In this document: positions 48,802 to 58,600 of the stretch, piece by piece
Layout of the letters: the number at the start of each line of letters is the position of its first letter
Numbering within the stretch: the stretch's first letter is position 1
From: a virus
Strand: one strand, 5' to 3'
Virus record (IMG/VR): IMGVR_UViG_3300020020_000027
Location: 11,157 to 75,156 of that record
DNA length: 64,000 nt
Notes under the pieces: model-generated
Databases searched by the model: none
What the model saw: only the letters and a program-made list of their open reading frames with translations
Told to the model about the DNA's origin: nothing
Position numbers and translations under genes: made by a program

Positions 48802-50427
48802 ATGACACGTCACGAACTATCCCAGATAGTCGCAAACCAGGCCAAACTGTTCAAAGGTCACGTAAGCGACAAAGGTGACCTAGTGTTCCCAACCGCCGGA
48901 CAAGCCACAATGTTCGCACAAGCGGTCGTTTGGGACCTTCAGGTCGAAGCCTACCTTCCGGACAATATGGACATCGAAGACACAGACGTCAAAGTGACCG
49001 TAAAGGGGCGATGATGAACAAACTGACCTCATCCGGGCTTACCAGGGCATTGAAGGCAATTCGGGACGCAGACCCCGATGGCGGACATTCGGGTGGAAGC
49101 ATCCAAATGCTCCACAACCACAAAGACTGGGCAATTCGGACATACGGGCTGGAAGTGTGGAAAACGTACATGGCGACCAGTTGGGACAAACCGGACAACT
49201 GGGACAATGAGTGCGAAGGTCACGAATCACTCAAAGGCGAAGATATGGGCGAATCGGTCTATTGCGACGGCTCGTGCGTAACGGACAACTGGGGTAAGTC
49301 ATGACAACTCACACCATAACCTCAGGTATCGACCAAACCGGACAAAAGTTCCAGCTAGCCCATGACGGACAATTAGCACTAATGTACTCATACGAGGGCA
49401 ATAGGTGGAATTATATGTCAAGGGCGACAATTCGGTCACTCACCAAGCTGGCTCACCAAATGGGCATCAAGTGGGACAAACCGGACAAAATACGCGAACT
49501 GTACAACTACCGCGTAGCGACCAAACCGGACAGAGTGCGGAAAGCTCTCGAAAGGGACAAGAAGTACGCACCGTACCGAATAGCACAAATGGGTCAGGAC
49601 GACTGAAAACGGGCAAATAGGAACGAGACTCTAGGATTAGGTCGTTCGAGGACAAAGCGGACATGGCGCGCATAAGTCACTTGTCGGTAATATGTGATCA
49701 TTGTGATCATACCCGGTCATAGGCCACCTTGTCAGCGCATATTAGTGCATATAGGCTTAAATCGGTAGAAAATAGGACAGATCGGACAAGATGGACATAA
49801 TAGACAGAACCGACATGTCCATTATCAGGGGAAATAGATCCATTTAAGATTATGGATCGGCAAATCGACGGAATTCCAAGCATATGCGTCTATATACATG
49901 TATATAAGATCATGAGGGGCATAAGTTACCCGTGAGTAGAACGGGTGCGTGATCATGCATGAATATAGATCGACATCTCTAAATTCGGACAAAGAGGTCA
50001 TTGCATGAATTTCTACGAACTAATGCGCATGGCGAACAAAACAGGCGAAGCTGTGCTTTTGCCGGACAACGTACACCTAAGGCGTCCAATGTCGTCGACA
50101 ACGGACAGATCGTCCAAATCGACCGGAACCAGCATCATAGGGTTCTTTGAGATGTTTCGCGACAAAGACGGCAGAAGGGTCTTCATCGGCCAAGACGGAC
50201 AATACCGGCGGATGTGACGTATGCCAAAACCGGACACAAAGCACGAATTGGGCATACAGCTCGGAACGGTCTTCGACACCCTTATGGCGACATACTGCAT
50301 CGCTCTGGACATACCGGACAGCAAAGGCGAATTCGCTGGGATCGACCCAAACGGCGACATAACCCGCTATGACGTCCGTATGGTGGATTACATCCACATG
50401 TCCGAATATCCGCTGATAGAGCTGTAA
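48802..50427 (+). other. Small early genes within the motif field (48802-49014, 49011-49304, 49301-49606, 50005-50217, 50221-50427)
   Basis: ATGA-type coupling and RBSs; encoded peptides are rich in PD/TGQ/DK from the DNA motif. Confidence 0.55.
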
Positions 50428-50457
50428 ACATCAAGACAAGGTGGTCTATGTCTGGGT

Positions 50458-51084
50458 ATGAAACTCAGACAAATGGGACAGATCGTACTGAAGGGTACGA
50501 ATCGGACAAAGGAGCTCAAAGTGGTACAGAGGAAGCTATCCAGGTGGAAGCGCTTCAATCGGGCAATCCACAGCGAAACCGCCCGTACCTGGTCGCACCG
50601 GACACCGGCGCTCATGGTGGCCGGAGTCGCCCTTTACGTCAGTTACTGGCACATTCGGGGCGGCGCGCTTGATCATGGCCTCGACGCCGTCAGCGCCGCG
50701 ATCTTGCCGTTGTCCGTGGACGGCATGGTCATCACCTCAGCTCGCTATGTCACCAAAGCCCAAACGATCTTGGGCAAGACGCTGGCGATCATCGGCTTCA
50801 TCCTCGGCGTGCTGGCCACGCTCGCCGGTAACCTGATGAGCAGCGACGGGACGCCGGTCGGCACGGGCTTTGCCGCCTGGCCAGCCATCGCCGTGGTGGT
50901 CACCGGAGCGATCTTGCACTGGGGCGACGCCAAGGCCAAGCCGAAGAAGAGCACCAAGGCGCCCACTAAGGCACCCAGCAAGCCCGCACAGCCCTCAACC
51001 CCCGCTACCCCAACCGCCACTACCCCCAACGGCTCGCACGCCGCACAAGACCTCTCAACGCCGTTTGTGCCCCAAGCAGCTTAG
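50458..51084 (+). CDS. DUF2637/SpdA-like membrane protein
   Basis: VSYWHI...LPLSVDGM...TLAGNL...AAWPAIAVV pattern, about four TM segments, Pro-rich tail; high GC. Confidence 0.7.
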   Translation: MKLRQMGQIVLKGTNRTKELKVVQRKLSRWKRFNRAIHSETARTWSHRTPALMVAGVALYVSYWHIRGGALDHGLDAVSAAILPLSVDGMVITSARYVTKAQTILGKTLAIIGFILGVLATLAGNLMSSDGTPVGTGFAAWPAIAVVVTGAILHWGDAKAKPKKSTKAPTKAPSKPAQPSTPATPTATTPNGSHAAQDLSTPFVPQAA

Positions 51085-51095
51085 TAAGCTAAGTT

Positions 51096-51141
51096 ACCCC
51101 TATCGAGTCCACCCTGAGGTGATCTTGATAGGGGTTTCTTT
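51096..51141 (+). terminator. Intrinsic terminator
   Basis: ACCCCTATCGAG...CTTGATAGGGGT stem followed by TTCTTT. Confidence 0.6.
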
Positions 51142-51414
51142 GTCTACTTAGTTACTTAGTTACTTAGTTACTCTTGGTAACCAGGTAGCACAAAAGCACA
51201 AAACGGACAAAAGGAACATTTGGGTTCAATAAGGACAAGAATGATCTGGATCATCCATATATTTAAATGGATCGCGAATCCTCGAAAATTCCCTGAGCTG
51301 CACTTATCCAGATTTCTTGTTAGTGGGAAGTATGGAGGGCGTGTGCGTAAAGGGTCTGTACAATCGAGCAACAGGCTGAGAGCCAATCTGAGCCAAGATC
51401 TTTAAGAGGGGTAG

Positions 51415-51915
51415 ATGACCACCGATAGTGCAAGTAAACGACTCCAGATCGGTCCCAGGATGCGCGAAGCATGGGCCTACATCGCGGCCCATCCTGGCTG
51501 TAGCGAGTACGAAATCAAGATCAATTTTGACCAGCGGCTGTTGTCCCGTCTGGTCAGGGCCGAAATGGTCGAGCTACGTCCACCAGCGCAAGAAGGCTTG
51601 GGCCGTCGTGCGCACGCTCTGACCGCGTGGCAGCACGACGTAACCAAACGTCGATGGGCCAAGGATTCCGCCTATCACGAAGCACGTAAGCGCGTCTATG
51701 ACGACTATGAAACCTATACCGTCCCATGCCCACACGTGAGCTGCAAAGGCTCCCAAGGTCAACGCTGCACGGGAGACTTCTACGGCCGCGCTCGCAGTGC
51801 GCCTCACTACGAACGCTTGATCGTCAAGCTAAACAAGCTCTATGAGCTATACATAGACAACAATAACAAGATCACAAAACCGTCGCCAGACGACAACACC
51901 TCTGACCAGCCCTGA
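51415..51915 (+). CDS. Hypothetical protein, winged-helix-like N-terminus plus Zn finger
   Basis: AYIAAHPGCS..EI...LSRLVRAEMV; CPHVSC...C...HYER. Confidence 0.55.
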   Translation: MTTDSASKRLQIGPRMREAWAYIAAHPGCSEYEIKINFDQRLLSRLVRAEMVELRPPAQEGLGRRAHALTAWQHDVTKRRWAKDSAYHEARKRVYDDYETYTVPCPHVSCKGSQGQRCTGDFYGRARSAPHYERLIVKLNKLYELYIDNNNKITKPSPDDNTSDQP

Positions 51916-52240
51916 TCCCCGTTCCCAGTTATCTACCACAAATATAGCCGTCAAGATCACAATAGCCTACAGCCTGACCAGCCCTGGTCCCCGTTCTCAG
52001 TTATCTACCACAAATATGTCATGTACACCTAAGACAACATAGTCAACCAATGCTAGTTACTTTAATAAAGATATCTGAGAACGGGGATCAGCCCTGATCA
52101 CAAGCATGATCATCCGACATCTTAAGTTACTCGACAGTAACCAACAGCCCGTTGGTTGGGTCTCTAAACTAAGGGTACCCTAAGATCTTGTTCTATATGG
52201 TGGGATTGATCAGCATCTGGACAAAAGGATCAGGGCTGGT
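51902..52240. repeat. 44-bp direct repeat pair with inverted partial copies
   Basis: 51902-51945 and 51974-52017 (2 mismatches); inverted sub-copies at 52075-52091 and 52228-52240. Confidence 0.85.
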
Positions 52241-52672
52241 GAATATGGGTCGAGATCTTACATTGCTCGATGTATCGATATGTCACTTTTTAATGGTATT
52301 TTCACTCATAATGATCAATGTTATGTGAAGTGTGGGATATTTTGGACAGGTGGTGACACAGGTGTATGGTTGCACTGGACAGGATGGAATGGACTATGTA
52401 ATGAAACCATGCATTGACAACTATCCACCTAGACATTAATTGACACAGAGAACGCGAAACAGGGATCAGCCCTGGTGGGAGCATGTGCGCTTTATCATGA
52501 ACACCGCTGATAGAGTATGTTGACTATGTCTAATAATTATGCATACACACTAGTAATTATAGAGCATCCTAGGATGATCTTGAACATATTAAAGTAAGAT
52601 CGGAAATTTGGCGGAATTCCAGCGCCGTGATAAGGTTGATATAGGAAGAAGAAAAACCGGAAAGGGGTACGG

Positions 52673-55600
52673 GTGAATTGCTGGAAGTGTGACGCGCCTG
52701 CCACACACTACGTGTGCGTAGTGGTGGGCAGTGACAATGACACTACCTACGTCGATCAGTACACCTGTGATTACCACACTAAATTGGACATACCCGACGG
52801 GTACGGCATTTTAGAGGTATCACTGAATGAATTAGACCCATTCAACAGCAAAGTAATGTATTTGGTAGAAACCTCGGACTAATGACTTAGATGGTGCACA
52901 TGTTAAATGTGTACTTTCTTGGGCACTAGTAAGGGGAATCGGATGAATTCAGAGTTTTACCTCCTAAAGCCTTATTTGGATGAACAAAACAGAGGTATGT
53001 TAGTCATCAAAGACATGAGCTTGCAGGACGATTGGGGCAAGTCAACTTGGCGAGCCATCCTTTTCTGGTCAAGTCAAACTTGCATCGGCGAGGTATCGAC
53101 GATCATCTTTGATGAAACCATCAATGCTCCAGCTACGGCCGGACCTGATGAAGTAGCAGAAGATGCCCTAGGTTTCTTCACTCAGTGTGAAGGTGACACT
53201 AATCAAGAGTATTTCGACGCGTATACGCCCGAACAACTGAGCTGGCGCGATGAGCACGCCGAATATGTCGGGGCATTGGTTGACGATGTCGGCAAATATC
53301 GGATTATCTGATGATTTTAATTGATGCATACCTAGGTGTGCATCTTTTTGAACCATTAGATAGAAAAGGTGAATAATGACTAAAAAGTACAAGTTTCCTT
53401 TATTGTCAACTATCGCCTATTGGGTCTATCGGGCACTGCCTGAGCGCGTGCTTGCCTGGGTATGGTTATCCACCTTGGAACACTTGACGGATAAGCACAC
53501 GCAACCGATGGAAATGCACGATGACGACGGCATTACGTTTTTGTATGCCGTATCAGATGTAACGATCGAAAATATCAAGCACAAAATCGCTGAAGACACT
53601 CTGCGGGGTGATCTGGTATGAGTAAGGTATATGCCTTCACTGCACAGATTACCCGGCTCAAGAGGCTCAAGAACAGTGTAAACGGCAATCCTCGATACCA
53701 GGTCGGGTTCGATAATGCCCGTACCCTTAAGACTGCATCAGATCAATCATGTGCATTCAATATCGAGGGACTAAAAGGTGAGTTGCAGGTGTTCATCAGT
53801 AAGGGCAACCAAATAGTAGATCTGCAACCAGTGACCAAACCCCTATTGCCGGTATCAGGTGTAGGAGCTTTCGAGCACTTGGCACGGTACTCATTGTATA
53901 ATCCAAAAGCCGACCTTCTGACTGGACTCGTTTTTCTAGCTGAAAAGGTACATAACTTAGACACCGAAGCTGCACAGCTTTTCGTCGAGAACTACCTTAA
54001 GCACATCGGCAGGAATAAATGAACCGAATCAAGGTATACATTGCTTTAGCGGCAATCCCATTAATCCTAATAATCATGATTTTTATCATAAGCGCACAAG
54101 ATACCAATAAGTTCTGGAATGATTGTGAGCGGCTAGGCGGACACGTCGTCTCGACTGGCAGGGCTTACCTGTGCGTTTCGGAAGATGGAAGGATAATTGA
54201 AACCATGTGAATGAGTTAGTTTGGCCATAAATCGCCTGACATAAACGGACACATAATCAGATTTATGGCCTTACTTGCACATTTACTCTATTTAGGTGGA
54301 ATTATGTATATAGAACCTGAAGATGTCAAATGGGCAGACATACCTACATTTGAATCATATTGGACGGATCACGAAGCTTGTCCTAGTTCCAATGTATTTT
54401 ACTCAAGTGACTTTGGTTGGTGTACTCTTCATGATGAATGGTGGGAACTGCCAACTCAAGATGAAATATTGGATCTCTGATATTTTTGGATGATATGCAT
54501 ACGAAAGCATGTGTATCGTCTTGAAACATCAGAAAGGCTACAAATGGGACGAAGATATAAATTTCCTATGTTGTCCAGAATTGCCCACAAACTTCAATAC
54601 ATTGTGCCTAAACGCACTCTGATATGGTTTGCTCTAGGTGTTCTGGACGAATTGGACACAAAGATGAAACCCGTCGAAATTCATGACAATGATGGCGGAA
54701 TAATCCTTTGTGATGCAATAGACGGAATACAGCTAGAAAACTACAAACGGTTAATCATTAGCACATACCTCAAAGGGTACATACCATCGGAGAATCAAGT
54801 TGATCGAAATTGAGCGAGCGCGTGAACTACTCAAGCAGGCCATGGAAACTCAAGGTCGAGACTTCAAATATGTGCCTGAGCCAATGGGTTGTTATTATTC
54901 ACCCATCACGTTAACCAAAGAGGGAATCACCTTGCTTGAGGATGACAATCGGAGAAAGACTGGTTGTTTGATCGGCGTGGCGCTCACCCTCGCGGGCGAG
55001 ACCAGACACCTTGAATTCAATGAAGGGGTAGGGGAGCTAGCTACGGAATATCCAGATATGATGTCTGAATACACAGTATATTATTTTATTATAGCTCAGT
55101 CTAAACAGGATAATGGCTACACTTGGGGCGAGGCATACGACAAGGCCGAAGTGTACTACCAGGACTATATCGCAAACTAAATAACTAGGTTAGCACATAT
55201 CATTGTATATGTGCTTTCCTAGCTATTTTAGAGATAAGGGAATGAATAATGAGATATGTCAAGTTTATTGGAGTTGCCAATAACGATATTGCACGGGAGA
55301 TTTTCAAGATCATGTACCCGGCTGGCAACTCGACCGGCAATGAGCAGACCATGCGCGCAGCGCTGAGGCGCACGCTCAAGGCAGTAGGCACCAAAACGTA
55401 CAATGTTGTGCCGTTGAACCTTTCGGGCACCAGTGGCAACTATGAGCATGATGATTACATTATGATCTGGAACTACGCCTATAACTGGATTGCCGTTTAC
55501 AAGAAGATGCCCTCAGAAAAACTGGTTTCGGCATGAAAATCCATGTGATCCCCGCATGGATAGTACGTAACCTAAGTTACGTGGAAATAGTTTATGATGA

Positions 55601-58600
55601 GAATACAGCCCTTGACCTACGGGACAGGGGCTATGCTGTAACTTACGAACCACAAGAGCGAGTGTGTGTCAAAGATCGCACACTGAACCCTGAAATATCA
55701 TGTTATATGTGTCTACGTAGGGTTTCTTCATACTACAAAGGGACAAAACAGGATGAATCCTAAAGAGTTGCGCGAACTGGCAGACAATGATGATCTATTG
55801 GAAGTCGGACGTCAAGCTATCGAAGATGAATTGATCGAATTTCGAGACAGTGGATTTTTCCAAATTCGAGCCAATGGGCTAGTCTGTCGTACGGTTGATG
55901 CTCAAGAAAGTTCCATTATCCGTTTCGGTCCAGAATATGCCTTGTCCATTGGACTCAAAGCGATTGCCAACAAGCTAGAGAGCCAGTGATTGCCTTTGGC
56001 TGAGGGGCAAATGTCCCTCAGCTTTAGGGAACTACTAGACAAAAAGGATATAAAATGAATTTATCAGAAAAAGTAGAAAGAGGAGCTGCCCTCCTGGATA
56101 TAATGCGTCCTGGTTGGCACGATGTAATCGATAAATATACAATCGATATAAAGGATCCATACCTTTGCATCCTAGGACAGCTTTACGGTCATTACGCCAA
56201 TGGACTAGCAGCAATGTGGGATTTTCTCGGCGATGAGGCATACAGAACCTCAGGTTCGGATTTCGGATTCAGTGTGTCTTTATCTGAACAATATATTTTG
56301 AGTTCTGTTTTATCTGAATGCAGTCGGTTGAAGTCTTTCTGGATCACACAAATCGACGCAAGAAGGACAAAAGTAAATGTTGTATAAGTTTTTCGTCAAG
56401 CGAGGTGCTGCCTTACTCGATAAGAGGGTACCTAAATGGACAAACAAACTAAACCCAGACGATGTTGATATGTCGAATCCAGATTATTGCGTGTTGGGTC
56501 TAGTTTACCGTTCATATGAATATGGATTGGACCGACTGAATATCAAGGGGAATGGCTGGACTCACGGATTCAACATTCTGCTTGGCAATCGTCGTCGTGA
56601 AGTAACCAAGTATGCCAAGCTCGATGAGCTTTGGCGAGCACAAATTGAACAGCGCCAACCTTAATGTACCATAGTGATGGACAATTCCTAAGAATTGCCC
56701 ATCGCCATGGAATATTAACTGGGAGAAATAAAATGGACAGTGATGATTTGGGACGCTGTGAGGGTTGTGGTAAACTAGTAGAAGAGCAAAAGCTAGTGGA
56801 ATGCAAATGCTGTAATGGGCTATACTGTCCCGACTGCATGGAGGATTTGTATAATGGCGTTAGGAATTGAAGCAAAAAAGACAATTCAGTATGGCGTAGA
56901 CAGCCAAACTGACTTTAGTTTGGACAATGTGTCTGGCCGGATGGTTAGGCGAGATGACAAAATCGTCCTAGGAAGGTTACCAAAGAGGAAAGCCGCTGGA
57001 ATAGAACAAGCTGTGTATGTCGTTTACAGTTATGGAACCCCCATAGCTTGGGCACTTGATGAAAATACGTGGTACATTCCACGTATCGTGTATTCAGATA
57101 CGACAACACACCATCAGGGTGTGGTACGGGTAGCCGTGGACAACCCTGGATTCTACCAATGAACGCACAGCCAACGAGTGAACCGCTCTTGCCTGTTTTT
57201 GACGGCATGACTCGCAGTGAACTAACTGGTATGATTTGTGTGATCATAACGATCTTGATCATCGGCTTGGCAATTGCCTGTACTGGACGAAATCGAAATT
57301 AGAACTGTAAGATATAACTCAAGCTTCCAAGGGTCAGATCTTGGCAGGGACTCCCGCTGGTTAGCGAGGCTTAATCGCAGACTTAGAGTCACGGTTTTGT
57401 CGCGGTGCGTTCGATTCGCACTTGGGAGGCGTGGAAAAGATATTAAAACCGGAGGATTTTTCCGTCGAAGAATGCGTTACGCATTATTTCGAGAAAGATG
57501 ACCGATGGTTTTGGTACTGCCTAACTGAACACACAGGTTCGGGCAAGCGTAGGAAGCACCTACGCGGACACATGCGCGAGGGTGATGTGAAGGTGGCAAT
57601 CAAGTACCACACAAATGCCAAACGAAGGGTGAGACAGAACAGAGTCTGGCTCGCCTGGTACTACAAAGTAATAATGACTACCAAAGATCTAGATTATTTC
57701 CTCAGGCTATGGGCGGTTAGGTTTCCCTTGCCAGAACAAACCGATCAAGAAGATTTGATGGCTAGGATACAATCGGACAATTACCTATGGCAATATATGT
57801 TAGGGTTGCAACATGACAAGGTATAAAATAGATCAACTTAAAGAAAAGGTCCGAGATGGCTACATGATGACCTCTAGAGAGGTCGCTCAGTTAGCCCTAC
57901 TCGAACTAGTACTAGCAGACTATCCACAGCAACTTACCGCCGAACTACACATAAAGCGAGCAGAAGTCTATGCTCGAATCGCTCAAGCACTAAAGAGTGA
58001 ATCATGAAACAGGAAAGAACTGCATACATCCTGAATAAGGGCTCACGTACCGAATTTCCTAAAGGATCGCACTGTGCCGTTGGCGAGGCGAAATTCCATC
58101 ACCATGCCGATGGACAAAACGAAAGCCTAAGGGCAGGCTCAATGGGCTTGGCACTACATCGGGCAGTAACAGAATTCAAAGCCACATTTGGGCGCGAGCC
58201 GCAGTTTGATGAAGTAATGTTCCGAGGGACATTCACCACTTCATCGTGTATAGTGGAAATATGCGAATTGCCAGAGTAAAATGGATGATTTTTACGACAA
58301 ACTAATCAAAGCGATCATAATTGTGCTTATCTGGATACTAGGAGCCATTCTAGTCATGATGGGCACGGTATTAGTTATGGGTGTAAGGGGAAGCATGAGT
58401 AACGACAAGACTACTGTCGAACTATCCCAATACGATGTCGGTATGCTTTTTGGTGTGCTACTTTTGGCACGTAGGCATGGCGACACGCAGACATTCGATT
58501 GGGCAGGCGACTTCCGTAACCGTTTGGTAGCGCCTGACAGCCTAGACCCGGGTGAGACCAAAACTGATGGGTAACATAGCAAGATTTCGTATCTGCATGC

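Larger units (their letters stand above)
45070..50520. repeat. Degenerate 9-10 bp phased GGACA/TGTCC motif field
   Basis: About 89 exact GGACA/TGTCC by hand count versus about 10 expected; in-register decamers at 46741-46850 and 45981-46040. Confidence 0.85.
47136..52620 (+). promoter_or_regulatory. Four copies of GATCG-N10-RRAATTCC (47136, 49855, 51270, 52598)
   Basis: Identical spacing in all four; each sits upstream of a + strand gene block; two overlap TTGNCN-N17-TANNNY promoter-like sequences. Confidence 0.6.

Noticed and set aside
45070-50520. CRISPR array interpretation of the repeat-rich region
   Set aside because: There is no conserved 23-47 bp repeat with regular unique spacers; the shared unit is only about 5 bp.
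51929-52009. TTATCTACC as DnaA boxes
   Set aside because: Two mismatches to TTATCCACA and only two copies; not enough support.
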